Made by a program: the position numbers and the translations under genes. Of a stretch of DNA of 64,000 nt, positions 18,579-28,736 are shown piece after piece (position 1 is the first letter of the stretch; every line of letters begins with the position of its first letter). Below the pieces are notes generated by a model. The model made no database searches. It saw nothing but the letters and a program-made list of their open reading frames with translations, and was not told the DNA's origin. The DNA lies in assembly GCA_963801165.1 (NCBI GenBank), contig CAWDDT010000004.1:96001-160000 (forward strand), given 5' to 3'. The DNA is from an uncultured bacterium (GTDB taxonomy: Bacteria > Actinomycetota > Acidimicrobiia > Spongiisociales > UBA5794).

Positions 18579-19364
18579 ATGAAGCCGGTAATTGCAGTAT
18601 CAGCGCAAACCGCCGTTGCCAACAATGAGTTCTACGGCGAGCAGAGGCTGACCAGCCTCTACGAGTTGTATGTGCGTGCCCTCGAGTCCGCGGGTGTGCT
18701 CCCGGTGGTGCTGGCTCACTGCGACCCCGCCGACGTCCCCGAGCTGCTCGACCGGTTCGATGGCCTGCTGATCCCCGGCGGTGGTGACGTCGATCCGACG
18801 GCATACGGCGAGGAGCCTGCGACGGAGACGCTGTACGGGGTCCATCCCCACGCAGACGCCTTCGAGATCGCCCTGGTTCTCGAAGCAGCCAGACGGCACC
18901 TGCCCGTGCTCGGTATCTGCCGCGGTCTCCAGATCGTCAACGTGGCCTTTGGCGGAACGCTGCATCAGGATCTGCCCGAGCATCCCAGGGATCTTATGGG
19001 CCGGGCATTCGCCGGCCACTACCGGACCAACGTCGTCCCCGGAACCCGTCTTCACCGGGTGGTCGACCGTGAGGAGATCGTGGTCAACTCCCTGCATCAC
19101 CAGGGTGTCAAGGAGCTGGGCGACGGGCTGCGGATCGCGGCGACGGCGGGTGACGGCGTCGTCGAGTCGATCGAGGCTTCCGATCCGAACTGGGACATGG
19201 TTGCGGTCCAATGGCACCCCGAATGTCTCCGCAAGGACGACGCCAGGGCACTGTTCGACTGGCTGGGTGACGCGGCCGCGCTCCGGATGACCCGGGTCGA
19301 TGTCCGGCTGCTCACCGAGAGCGTCGAGGCCACCGCGATGAAGCAGTCCGCTGCCGCATCCTGA
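18579..19364 (+). CDS. Peptidase C26 / gamma-glutamyl-gamma-aminobutyrate hydrolase family
   Basis: PGGGDVDP, LGICRG, VNSLHHQ, VQWHPE catalytic triad motifs. Confidence 0.88.
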   Translation: MKPVIAVSAQTAVANNEFYGEQRLTSLYELYVRALESAGVLPVVLAHCDPADVPELLDRFDGLLIPGGGDVDPTAYGEEPATETLYGVHPHADAFEIALVLEAARRHLPVLGICRGLQIVNVAFGGTLHQDLPEHPRDLMGRAFAGHYRTNVVPGTRLHRVVDREEIVVNSLHHQGVKELGDGLRIAATAGDGVVESIEASDPNWDMVAVQWHPECLRKDDARALFDWLGDAAALRMTRVDVRLLTESVEATAMKQSAAAS

Positions 19365-19388
19365 GCCGTAGCCGCTAACTTGATCGAG

Positions 19389-20756
19389 ATGAGCACTCTC
19401 TTGATCAAGCATGCGCACGTTGTGGCAACGATGGACGGCGACCGGCAGGAGATCGCCGATGGGGGGATGCTGATCGTCGACGGTGTGATTACCGCCGTCG
19501 CTCCTACCGCCGATCTACCCGGTGACGCCGACGAGGTTCTCGATCTGAGCGGGCACGTCGTCCTGCCCGGCTTCATCAACACCCACCACCACTTCTACCA
19601 GACGCTGACCCGTGCGGTCCCCGGGGCCCAGGACGTCGGGTTGTTCGACTGGCTGCGCACCCTTTACCCGATCTGGGCGCGGATGACTGCAGAGCACATC
19701 GAGGTGTCCACCAAACTGGCGCTGGCCGAGCTGGCATTGTCGGGATGCACCACCGCATTCGACCATCTCTATCTGTTCCCCAACGACTCGCGTCTCGACG
19801 ACGAGATCGAGGCGGCGGCCGGGGTGGGGCTCCGGCTTCATGCGTCGCGGGGATCTATGTCGCTGGGAGAGAGCGACGGCGGCCTCCCGCCAGATTCCGT
19901 GGTGGAGACCGACACGGCGATCCTGGCGGACACGCAACGGCTGATCGAGACCTACCACGACGCCAGTCCCGTCGCGATGACACGCATCGTCGTCGCTCCC
20001 TGCTCGCCGTTCAGCGTCACCACCGACATCATGCGCGAGTCTGCGGCGCTGGCTCGTTCGTTCGGCGTGACGATGCACACCCACCTCGCAGAAACCATGG
20101 ACGAGGAGGATTTCTGCGTCTCGACCTACGGGCGCCGTCCCGTCGAGCTGATGGAGGATCTCGACTGGATGGGCGACGACGTCTGGTTTGCCCACAGCGT
20201 GTTCATCAACGACGACGAGATAGGCAGGATGGCAGCGGCGCAAACCGGTGTGGCTCATTGCCCCTCGTCGAACATGCGCCTCGCCTCGGGGATCGCTCCG
20301 CTGCGCAAGTACCTCGCCGCCGGGGTTCCGACCGGTCTCGGTGTCGACGGTTCGGCCAGCAACGACGGCAGCCACCTCCTCGGTGAGGCCCGGCAGGCAA
20401 TGCTGCTGGCCAGGCTCGATGCCGCCCCGAATCAATCAGGGGGCAGCTTGCTGTCTGCCCGAACCGCTCTCGAGCTGGCCACCAGGGGAGGCGCCTCCGT
20501 GCTGCGGCGTCCCGAACTCGGGTCGCTCGAGCCCGGCAAGGCGGGCGACTTCATCGCCATCGACCTGAACCGCCTCGAGTATGCCGGGGCCCTCCACGAT
20601 CCAGTCGCCGCCGTGATGCTGGCGGCTCCGGTGAACGTGGATTTCAACTATGTGGGCGGCAAGCCGGTCGTCCAGAAGGGCAACCTGGTGACCCTCGAAC
20701 TCGAGCCGCTGATCGAACGGCACAACCGCCTCGCCGGCGAACTGTTCCAGCCGTAA
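19389..20756 (+). CDS. 8-oxoguanine deaminase (amidohydrolase)
   Basis: NTHHHFYQ, APCSPFS, HTHLAET, GVDGSASNDG. Confidence 0.88.
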   Translation: MSTLLIKHAHVVATMDGDRQEIADGGMLIVDGVITAVAPTADLPGDADEVLDLSGHVVLPGFINTHHHFYQTLTRAVPGAQDVGLFDWLRTLYPIWARMTAEHIEVSTKLALAELALSGCTTAFDHLYLFPNDSRLDDEIEAAAGVGLRLHASRGSMSLGESDGGLPPDSVVETDTAILADTQRLIETYHDASPVAMTRIVVAPCSPFSVTTDIMRESAALARSFGVTMHTHLAETMDEEDFCVSTYGRRPVELMEDLDWMGDDVWFAHSVFINDDEIGRMAAAQTGVAHCPSSNMRLASGIAPLRKYLAAGVPTGLGVDGSASNDGSHLLGEARQAMLLARLDAAPNQSGGSLLSARTALELATRGGASVLRRPELGSLEPGKAGDFIAIDLNRLEYAGALHDPVAAVMLAAPVNVDFNYVGGKPVVQKGNLVTLELEPLIERHNRLAGELFQP

Positions 20757-20819
20757 GGAATCGCGAGCGCTTGCGGCCTGACAGAATGAGCGACAAATCG
20801 CGACCAACCCGGAGCCACC

Positions 20820-21308
20820 ATGACTACGCAGCAGCATCACATCCTGCCTCACCCTCTGCACCTGTATCACGGTGCGTTTGGGTCGGACACCTTCGGTCGG
20901 CGCGCCGAGTCGTTCGCCCGCATGTTCGGCACGCCGCGATTTCTGATCGTGCAGACCATCCTGGTTGCAGGCTGGATCGCACTCAACGTGTCCGTCCTTG
21001 CCCTCCGTTGGGATCCCTATCCGTTCATCCTCCTCAACCTGGCGTTCTCGCTGCAAGCTGCCTATGCGGCACCCCTGATCCTGCTGGCGCAGACTCGACA
21101 GGCGGATCGCGACAAGGCGATGAACGACGCCGACACCCAGCACAGGGAGGCCCTGTCCGCACGAACCCTCGACCTGCTCGAGCTGACCAAGCGACAGGGC
21201 GACGCCATCAGTGCGCTGCTCGATCACAACACCAAGCTCACCGAGGAGCTGGGTCGGTTGACCAGGGACATCCACGAGGCCGTTGCGGGCGACATACCGC
21301 GATCCTGA
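20820..21308 (+). CDS. DUF1003 membrane protein
   Basis: WDPYPFILLNLAFSLQAAYAAPLILLAQTRQADRD. Confidence 0.88.
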   Translation: MTTQQHHILPHPLHLYHGAFGSDTFGRRAESFARMFGTPRFLIVQTILVAGWIALNVSVLALRWDPYPFILLNLAFSLQAAYAAPLILLAQTRQADRDKAMNDADTQHREALSARTLDLLELTKRQGDAISALLDHNTKLTEELGRLTRDIHEAVAGDIPRS

Positions 21309-21325
21309 ATCGCACCGCCGTGTGC

Positions 21326-21344
21326 GGTTTACAATCTGTAAACC
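21326..21344. promoter_or_regulatory. Palindromic operator overlapping the -10 of the xdh operon
   Basis: GGTTTACA-ATC-TGTAAACC perfect 8-bp inverted repeat containing TACAAT, immediately before the AGGAGG RBS. Confidence 0.65.
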
Positions 21345-21356
21345 AGGAGGTGTCGG

Positions 21357-22163
21357 TTGGAGATCATCCGTCCCACAAGTCTCAATGAAGCTCTCGATGC
21401 CCGTGCCGACGGCCCGGGATCAGACCTCCTCGCCGGTGGCACCGACCTCATGGTGGAGGTCAACTTCGGGCACAAGAAGCCCGAGCAGGTGATCGCCTTG
21501 CGCAGGATCGGTGAGCTGGCCGAGATCGAGTCGAACCGGATCGGGGCGGGGGTGACGTGGGCGCGGCTGGAGACCAGCGAGCACCGTGCCCTGGCGCAGC
21601 TGGCCCGTACCGTCGGGTCGCCGCAGATCCGGGCGGCGGGGACGCTGGGTGGCAACATCGGCACGTCGAGCCCCGCCGGGGATGGTCTGCCATGGCTGGC
21701 GGCGATGAACGCCGACATCGAAGTCGCTTCGCGCGACCGGGGCACGCGACGGATTCCCTGGAACGAGTTCTTCACCGGCGTAAAGAGAAACGCTCTCCAG
21801 CCCGACGAGGTCATCGTCGCCGCCGTTCTCCCCGACTACGTGCCCTCTAACCAGCATTTCGCCAAGATCGGACAGCGCAGTGCCATGGTCATCTCGACGG
21901 TGGCCGCCTGCGTTGCTCGGGACGACGACGGCCTGGTGCGGGTGGCCCTGGGCTCAGTGGCGCCGACCCCGATGCGAGCCACCAGGGCCGAGGCGCTCAT
22001 CGCCGATAACCCGCAGCCGTCGCAGAGGGTGCTCGAAGAGTTCGCCAGGACCGTCTCCGAGGAGGTCCGGCCGATAACCGACCACAGGTCGACAGAGGCC
22101 TACCGGCGCTACGCCGCCGGGGTGCTTGCCCGCCGTCTGCTTGAAAGGTGCCTCGCCTCATGA
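21357..22163 (+). CDS. xdhB: Xanthine dehydrogenase family FAD-binding subunit
   Basis: LAGGTDL, VGSPQIRAAGTLGGN, DHRSTEAYRR; TTG start with RBS. Confidence 0.85.
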   Translation: MEIIRPTSLNEALDARADGPGSDLLAGGTDLMVEVNFGHKKPEQVIALRRIGELAEIESNRIGAGVTWARLETSEHRALAQLARTVGSPQIRAAGTLGGNIGTSSPAGDGLPWLAAMNADIEVASRDRGTRRIPWNEFFTGVKRNALQPDEVIVAAVLPDYVPSNQHFAKIGQRSAMVISTVAACVARDDDGLVRVALGSVAPTPMRATRAEALIADNPQPSQRVLEEFARTVSEEVRPITDHRSTEAYRRYAAGVLARRLLERCLAS

Positions 22164-22621
22164 TCATCAAGTTCACCGTGAACGGAACGGACCAGGTCGC
22201 CAACGTCGCCGGGTCGGAGAGCCTGCTCACCGTCCTGCGTGAGGAGCTCGACCTGCCCGGGTCGAAGAACGCCTGCGAGCAGGGCGAATGCGGTTCGTGC
22301 TCGGTAATCCTCGACGGCTCGCTGGTGACCTCATGTCTGGTCATGGCGGCCGACTGCGAAGGGTCGGACGTCACAACCGTGGAGGGGATCGGCAGCGAGC
22401 GCGAGCTTCACGCCGTCCAGCAGGCTCTCCTCGACCACGGTGCCGTCCAGTGCGGCTTCTGCACCCCCGGGTTCGTGGTCGCCGCCACCCATCTGCTCGA
22501 GCACGACCCGCATCCCTCCGAGGACGAGATCAAGGAAGCCCTCTCGGGGAACATCTGCCGGTGCACCGGGTACGGCGCCATTCTCAGAGCAATGGTCGAC
22601 CTGACCGAGGAGACGGCATGA
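22160..22621 (+). CDS. xdhC: Xanthine dehydrogenase family 2Fe-2S subunit
   Basis: CEQGECGSC...C; QCGFCTPG...NICRCTGY. Confidence 0.9.
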   Translation: MIIKFTVNGTDQVANVAGSESLLTVLREELDLPGSKNACEQGECGSCSVILDGSLVTSCLVMAADCEGSDVTTVEGIGSERELHAVQQALLDHGAVQCGFCTPGFVVAATHLLEHDPHPSEDEIKEALSGNICRCTGYGAILRAMVDLTEETA

Positions 22622-24846
22622 CCACCGCTGCTCCCATCACCAGAACACGGATTCGCGGCGGAGTCGGGGAGTCGCCGCAGCGGGTCGACGGCATCCCCAA
22701 AGTCATGGGCAACTTCACCTATGCGTCCGATCTGCACGCCGACGGGATGCTGTGGGCGGCCACGCTGCGCAGCCCGCACCCCCACGCCCGGATCACCAAC
22801 CTCGACACCTCGCCCGCGCTCGCCGTCGGTGGGGTGGTGGCGGTGCTCACCGCCGAAGACGTCCCGGGGCGCATCGGATTCGGGATGCACGCTCCGGACC
22901 AGCCGGTATTTGCGCGAGGCGAGACCAACTACTACGGCGAGCCCGTCGCCGTGGTGGTCGCGAGCGATCTGCCGACCGCCAAGCTCGGAGTGGCCGCCAT
23001 CGACGTCGCATACGACATCCTCGAGCCGATCAGCGACATGGAAGAGGCTGATGCGGCGGGCTCGGTGTTTCGGCGGATGACGGTATATCGCGGGGACCGT
23101 GACGTCTCCGGCGATGTTGTTGTCGCGGGCTACTACGAGGTAGGGCAGCAGGACCAGGCCCCGCTCGGGAATGAGGCAGGCGTCGCCATCCCCGACGGCG
23201 AAGGGGGTGTCGATCTGTATGCCGTCTCGCAGTGGGTGCACAGCGATCACATGCAGATCTATCCCTGTCTCGACCTGGCGCCGGAGCAGGTCCGGTGCCA
23301 TCCCGTCGGTATGGGCGGTGCCTTCGGTGCCCGTGAGGACGTCAGCATGCACATCCATCTCTGTATGGCGGCCCTGCGCACCGGCCGGCCTGTCAAGATG
23401 ATTTACGACCGCGCAGAGTCTTTCGTCGGCCACGTGCATCGCCACCCGGCGCGGCTGTGGTACCGCCACGAGGCCGACCGCTCCGGCAAGCTCGTGAAGG
23501 TGGAGGGGCGGATCATCCTCGACGGGGGAGCGTACGAGTCGTCGTCGATGGCCGTCATCGCCAACGCCGCCTATTTCGCGGTCGGGCCCTACAACTGCGA
23601 CAACGTGTTTGTCGATGCGGTGGCGGTCAGGACCAACAACCCACCGGCGGGAGCGATGCGCGGGTTCGGCGGGGTGCAGACCGCATACGGTCACGAGGCG
23701 CAGATGGATCTGCTCGCCGCCGAGCTGGGCATCGACCCGCTCGAGGTGCGGCGTATCAACGCGCTCGGTCAAGGAGACCGGATGTGCACTTCGGGCCAGC
23801 TCATCGAGGGGTCGCTGCCCACGGCCGAGCTGATCGACGAGCTGGCGCAGATGCCGATAGTCGATCCGAGCGACAGTGACGACCCCCGGCATCTGCCCGG
23901 CGGGACCGGGCTCACCACCAGCCCCGAGCACGTTCGCCGCGGGGTCGGCTACGGGGTGACCCTCAAGAACCTTGCCTTCTCCGAAGGCTTCGACGACTAC
24001 TCCGACGTTCGGATCGTGCTCAGCCCGCTCGGGGTCGAGGTGCACACCGCGGCTGCCGAAGTGGGGCAGGGTCTGGTGACGGTTCTCCAGCAGCTCACCA
24101 GAGAAGTGCTCCAGATCGAACAGGTCGCCGTGGTGTGGGACGACACCGGGCAGATCGGATCGGCCGGGTCGACATCGGCGTCCCGGCAGACGCAGATGAC
24201 CGGGGGTGCCACTTACCAGTGTGCCGTCGAGCTGCGAGACGAGATCCTCACGGAGTTCCTGGGCGACGACCTCAGCGAAGACGGAGTGTGGCGCGACGGT
24301 CAGCTGATTGTCACCCTCGACGAGGTGTGTGCCCTGCGACCGCGGGAGCACTCCATCCGGTATCGCCACCCGGAGACATACGCGACCGACGAGAACGGGC
24401 AGGGAAACCCGCACCCGGCGTTTGCCGTGGCCGCGCATCGTGCGGTCGTTGATGTTGATCCCGAGCTCGGGCTGGTCCGGGTAGTACAGATCGATGCGGT
24501 CCACGACGTCGGCAAGTTGCTCAACCCGGTCGCCGCCATCGGCCAGATCGAAGGTGGCACGGCACAGGGTGTTGGTCTGGCGACCCTCGAGGAGCTGGTC
24601 GTCGACAAGGGCGTCATCAAGAACGGCAACTTCACCGATTACCTGTTGCCGACCTTTCTCGACACCCCGCACGTCGAGGTCCGCTGGGTGGAGGAGCCGG
24701 AGCGGTGGGGTCCACTCGGGGCCAAGGGCATCGGCGAACCACCGACGATCTCCTCGGGTCCGGCGGTGGCGGCGGCGATCCGGGACGCCATCGGCAGGCA
24801 CCTCTACCGGGTACCGATTCTCCCGCAAGACATCGTGGGGTTGTGA
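22618..24846 (+). CDS. xdhA: Xanthine dehydrogenase family molybdopterin-binding subunit (PucD-like)
   Basis: GGAFGARE, AMRGFG, GSTSASRQTQMTGGA, GQIEGG, GAKGIGEPP (catalytic Glu). Confidence 0.88.
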   Translation: MTTAAPITRTRIRGGVGESPQRVDGIPKVMGNFTYASDLHADGMLWAATLRSPHPHARITNLDTSPALAVGGVVAVLTAEDVPGRIGFGMHAPDQPVFARGETNYYGEPVAVVVASDLPTAKLGVAAIDVAYDILEPISDMEEADAAGSVFRRMTVYRGDRDVSGDVVVAGYYEVGQQDQAPLGNEAGVAIPDGEGGVDLYAVSQWVHSDHMQIYPCLDLAPEQVRCHPVGMGGAFGAREDVSMHIHLCMAALRTGRPVKMIYDRAESFVGHVHRHPARLWYRHEADRSGKLVKVEGRIILDGGAYESSSMAVIANAAYFAVGPYNCDNVFVDAVAVRTNNPPAGAMRGFGGVQTAYGHEAQMDLLAAELGIDPLEVRRINALGQGDRMCTSGQLIEGSLPTAELIDELAQMPIVDPSDSDDPRHLPGGTGLTTSPEHVRRGVGYGVTLKNLAFSEGFDDYSDVRIVLSPLGVEVHTAAAEVGQGLVTVLQQLTREVLQIEQVAVVWDDTGQIGSAGSTSASRQTQMTGGATYQCAVELRDEILTEFLGDDLSEDGVWRDGQLIVTLDEVCALRPREHSIRYRHPETYATDENGQGNPHPAFAVAAHRAVVDVDPELGLVRVVQIDAVHDVGKLLNPVAAIGQIEGGTAQGVGLATLEELVVDKGVIKNGNFTDYLLPTFLDTPHVEVRWVEEPERWGPLGAKGIGEPPTISSGPAVAAAIRDAIGRHLYRVPILPQDIVGL

Positions 24847-24992
24847 GAGCGTCGACCAGCGCATTCGGGTGTGAAAGTCTTGGTCCCATTCGGCTCCGCG
24901 GGGCGTAGTGTTTTTCTCTTGGGGGGAAGGAAGACGGTCCCGTTGCGATGTACACCACGTCGCAATCTCGCTTTTCGAGAGATGGAGGCAAT

Positions 24993-25997
24993 ATGGCCAC
25001 CAAGAGCTCAAGCGGAAGCAGACGCACCGCAAGGACGCCATCGTTTGAGACGATCGTTCCCGAGTCCCTGACTCGCAAGGGTTTCAAGATCCGCGGTCTC
25101 GGTTCACTACCCGAGAAGTTCGACCCCCTGGAGGCGACCGCCCGGCAGATTGCGGCATACCGGCTACCGCGCCGGCCGGATGTCGAAAAGGAGCCGGAGC
25201 TGCGCGCCTTGTGGGACCGGACAATGTCCCGCACGCAACTGTGGATAACCCCCGAGTTCGAGCACCACGATCAAATTACGCATGGTCGGGCACGCACCGC
25301 TGCGGGTCGTGCCGTCAGTGCTCGGCTGTCGTCGGGAGGGGTCGCCAACGCAACGTCGAGCAACTGGTCGGGTGCCGCACACTTCTCGCCTGCCGGCAAG
25401 CCATACGGCTTCGTGGGCGGGCAGTGGACGGTACCCAGCCCGAACTCCACGCCCGACGGTGCCTACTACGCCTCGGAGTGGGTCGGCATCGATGGGTGGG
25501 GTTCGAGTGACGTCCTTCAGGCAGGCACCGAGACCCAGATAACGAAGGTCTGGTTCATCACGGCGAAGCAGGTGTATGCGTGGTGGGAGTGGTTCCCGTC
25601 GGGGGAGGTCAAGATCAGCAACCTCCCGGTTTCGGCTGGTGACATCATGTACTGCCTCATCTGCGCCGACTCGGATACCCACGCGACCTTCTATTACAGC
25701 AATCAGTCCCAGGGGGTGGGCACCCGCTTCGACGTCACTGCGCCGGGCTCGACCAAGCTGATGGGGAACGTCGCCGAGTGGATCGTCGAGCGCCCCACCG
25801 TCGGTGGTTCGGTCGCAAACCTCACCGATTACGGTGCGTGCTACTTCGACGAGTGCATCGCCGGAGGGTCGGGGAGCGTCGACAACCTCGGTGGCAGCTC
25901 GCTGATCACGATGACCGGTACCGGGGGTGCGTCGCTGTCCGAGCCGGTGCAGGAGAACGATCGCGTCCTCAAGGTCAACTGGCGCAAGTCGAGCTGA
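24993..25997 (+). CDS. G1 family glutamic endopeptidase (eqolisin-like) with propeptide
   Basis: SSNWSG, WVGIDG, VLQAG (catalytic Q), WWEWFP, AEWIVERP (catalytic E); GGAGG RBS. Confidence 0.85.
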   Translation: MATKSSSGSRRTARTPSFETIVPESLTRKGFKIRGLGSLPEKFDPLEATARQIAAYRLPRRPDVEKEPELRALWDRTMSRTQLWITPEFEHHDQITHGRARTAAGRAVSARLSSGGVANATSSNWSGAAHFSPAGKPYGFVGGQWTVPSPNSTPDGAYYASEWVGIDGWGSSDVLQAGTETQITKVWFITAKQVYAWWEWFPSGEVKISNLPVSAGDIMYCLICADSDTHATFYYSNQSQGVGTRFDVTAPGSTKLMGNVAEWIVERPTVGGSVANLTDYGACYFDECIAGGSGSVDNLGGSSLITMTGTGGASLSEPVQENDRVLKVNWRKSS

Positions 25998-26018
25998 ATC
26001 GAGGCGGGCAGAAATGGA

Positions 26019-26045
26019 GAGAGGACGGGCTTGGCCCGTCCTCTC
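26019..26045 (+). terminator. Stem-loop terminator
   Basis: GAGAGGACGGGC-TTG-GCCCGTCCTCTC 12-bp stem followed by GTTT. Confidence 0.7.
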
Positions 26046-26258
26046 GTTTCCCTGTGGGAATGCAGTGGTTTCCCGAGATCTTGCCTAAGCGACTCGGCGG
26101 TGCCAACGGCCAGGTGTCACATCCACCAGGGCCGATATGCCTGGCGGTGCATCCGCCAGGATCCGGGTGAGTGATCGGTTGCGGTCAATCGCCATGTTGT
26201 CCTGGTCATCTCGGGCTCTTTCTCGTCTACCGATATCGTCGGCATTCGCGGCGAGCGC

Positions 26259-26873
26259 TTAACCCGCAATGCAGGAGGTGGCCACGGCGAGGCGGGCGCG
26301 GCCGGCGAAGTCCATGGTGGGCTCGAGCATCCAAAGGAACGCGAGCCCGCTGAGTGTGGCGAGGACGATCTCCGCGTGCGCCCTGGCCTCGTCGTTTGGA
26401 AGCTCGGGATGCTCGCGGGCGATGGCATCCGAGAACCGGGCCACCCGGCGCTCGTGGTGACGGCGCACACTCGCTTCGAGCCCCCCGTTGGTTGCCCCGG
26501 AGATGGCGATCTTTAGATAGACCCTGGCGACGTCCGGCTGGACGAGGATGAAGGCGATGTATGCCTCCACCAACTCACCGAGAGAATCGGGCACGTCTTT
26601 GGCGGGATGGGGGTCGACCGCCCGGATGGCGTCCTTGACCACCCGCAGCACGGCATCGTCCTTGGAGTCGAACAGGTTGTAGAAGCTACCGGAGCGCACC
26701 TCGGCGCGGTCGCAGATCGCCTTGAGGGTGGTGCCTTCCAGACCCACCTCCCCGAGCAACTCGCGGGTGGCCTCGATGATTCGTCTTTCGGTGCGGATGC
26801 CCGCCTGGTAGCGCGCCACATCTCCCTTTCCATAGCCGACACTAGCCGATCCAAACAAACTTAGAGCGTTCAC
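26259..26873 (-). CDS. TetR family transcriptional regulator
   Basis: IIEATRELL...TTLKAICDRAEVRSGSFYNLFDSKDD; start uncertain. Confidence 0.88.
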   Translation of the reverse strand: MNALSLFGSASVGYGKGDVARYQAGIRTERRIIEATRELLGEVGLEGTTLKAICDRAEVRSGSFYNLFDSKDDAVLRVVKDAIRAVDPHPAKDVPDSLGELVEAYIAFILVQPDVARVYLKIAISGATNGGLEASVRRHHERRVARFSDAIAREHPELPNDEARAHAEIVLATLSGLAFLWMLEPTMDFAGRARLAVATSCIAG

Positions 26874-26897
26874 TCAAAATAGAGTGTATAGTCAAAA
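26862..26897. promoter_or_regulatory. Tandem imperfect operators between divergent tetR and acyl-CoA dehydrogenase
   Basis: TAGAGCGTTCACTCAAAA and TAGAGTGTATAGTCAAAA, 18-bp units. Confidence 0.55.
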
Positions 26898-26930
26898 TCC
26901 GGGTAGATAAGGCCAGACACGAGGTGATCC

Positions 26931-28736
26931 ATGAGTCACTACAAGACCAACCTGAGGGACGTCTTCTTCAATCTCTTCGAGGTTTACAACACCCAGGAAT
27001 ACATGGGTGAGAAGCCTTTCGAGGACATGGACCAGGAGACCGCCGAGCACATGCTCAGCGAGATAGAGCGCTTTGCGGTCGATGAGTTTGCCGCCAGCTT
27101 TGTGGATGCAGACCGCAATCCACCCAAGCTCGAGAACGGCGAGATCAAGCTTCCACAGAGTCTCAAGGACGTGATGCGGGCATACAAAGAAGCGGGCTGG
27201 GACAACCTGTTCCGCCCACCGGAGCTCGGTGGGGTGGCAGCGCCGATGTCGCTGCGGTGGGCGGCTCAGGAGTTGCTGATCGGCGCCAATCCGACGGCTT
27301 TCCTGTTCAACGGAACCCTCATGCCCGTTGTCCTCAATGCGATCGGTACCCCCGAGCAGATCGAGCGGTTTGTCAAGCCGGCGCTCGAGCACAACTGGGG
27401 CGGCACGATGGTGCTGACCGAGCCCGACGCCGGGTCGGATGTCGGCGCCGGGGTGACCAGGGCCACGCCCGTCGACGAGGAGAACGGGGTCTATCACCTC
27501 GAAGGCGTCAAGCGGTTCATCACCTCGGGCGAGCATGACGGCGCCGAGAACATCATCCATCTCGTCCTGGCACGGCCGCTCGGCGCCGGGCCGGGCACCA
27601 AGGGCTTGTCGCTGTTCGTCGTTCCGAAGTACATGGTGAACGATGACGGATCGCTCGGTGAGCGCAACGGTGTGTTTGCCACCAACCTCGAGAAGAAGAT
27701 GGGCATCAAGGCCTCCACGACCTGCGAGCTCAGCTTTGGTGTCGACAAACCCTGTGTCGGCTACCTGGTGGGCAACGTGCACGACGGTATCCGTCAGATG
27801 TTCATGGTGATCGAGCGGGCCAGGATGCTGATCGGCACCAAGTCGACGGCGACGCTGTCGACGGCCTATCTCAACTCGCTCGAATACGCCAAGGAACGAG
27901 TGCAGGGACCCGACATCACCCAGATCGGCGACAAGAACGCACCAAAGGTCGAGATCATCCGCCATCCCGACGTGCGCAGGATGCTGATGCTGCAGAAGTC
28001 CCACTCCGAGGGTCTGCGCGCTCTGCTCTACTACACCGGCTGGGTTCAGGACCAGCAGATGCGTCATCCCGACGACGAAGCATGGGCGAAGCTCGGCGAC
28101 TTCCTGCTGCCACTGGTCAAGGGTTACTCGTCGGAGAAGGCCTACGAATTGCTGGCGACGTCGCTGCAGATCTTCGGCGGTTCCGGGTTCACCCAGGACT
28201 ACCCGATCGAGCAGTACATCCGCGACACCAAGATCGACACTCTGTACGAGGGCACGACCGGCATCCAGGCGCTCGACCTGTTCTTCAGGAAGATCGTCCG
28301 TGACCAGGGTCAGACGCTGACCAGGCTGGCCGGCGAGGTGCTGGAGATGGTCAAGGGCGGTCCCGAGGAACTGGCTGGCGAGCGGGAGATGCTCGGCAAG
28401 GCTCTCGACGACACCCAGGCCCACCTCGGGGTGATGGTCGGTCATCTCATGGGTGCTCAGCAGGACCCCGCCGGGATATACAAGCTCGGTCTGCACGCCA
28501 ACGACTTGCTGGAGAGCATCGCCGAGGTGACCATCGGATGGTTGCTGCTCCGGCACGCCGAGGTGGCGCTGCGGGCCCTTCCCGAAGCGTCGGGCGGGGG
28601 CCGGGCGTTCTACGAGGGGAAGATCGCGGCGGCTCGCTTCTTTGCCCGACACGCCCTGCCCAAGACACGCGTTCGCCGGAAGGCGGCCGAGCATGAAGAC
28701 GGTGCCCTCATGGAGTTGCCGGACGAGGCGTTCTAG
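26931..28736 (+). CDS. Acyl-CoA dehydrogenase (FadE5-like)
   Basis: TMVLTEPDAGSDVG, GVKRFIT, KKMGIKASTTCEL, KIDTLYEGTTGIQALD. Confidence 0.93.
   Translation: MSHYKTNLRDVFFNLFEVYNTQEYMGEKPFEDMDQETAEHMLSEIERFAVDEFAASFVDADRNPPKLENGEIKLPQSLKDVMRAYKEAGWDNLFRPPELGGVAAPMSLRWAAQELLIGANPTAFLFNGTLMPVVLNAIGTPEQIERFVKPALEHNWGGTMVLTEPDAGSDVGAGVTRATPVDEENGVYHLEGVKRFITSGEHDGAENIIHLVLARPLGAGPGTKGLSLFVVPKYMVNDDGSLGERNGVFATNLEKKMGIKASTTCELSFGVDKPCVGYLVGNVHDGIRQMFMVIERARMLIGTKSTATLSTAYLNSLEYAKERVQGPDITQIGDKNAPKVEIIRHPDVRRMLMLQKSHSEGLRALLYYTGWVQDQQMRHPDDEAWAKLGDFLLPLVKGYSSEKAYELLATSLQIFGGSGFTQDYPIEQYIRDTKIDTLYEGTTGIQALDLFFRKIVRDQGQTLTRLAGEVLEMVKGGPEELAGEREMLGKALDDTQAHLGVMVGHLMGAQQDPAGIYKLGLHANDLLESIAEVTIGWLLLRHAEVALRALPEASGGGRAFYEGKIAAARFFARHALPKTRVRRKAAEHEDGALMELPDEAF

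Noticed and set aside
22408-25041. Long antisense ORFs (877 aa here; also 26892-28694, 1256-2650, 51138-52412)
   Set aside because: Shadow frames of well-supported genes in high-GC DNA, with no recognisable motifs.
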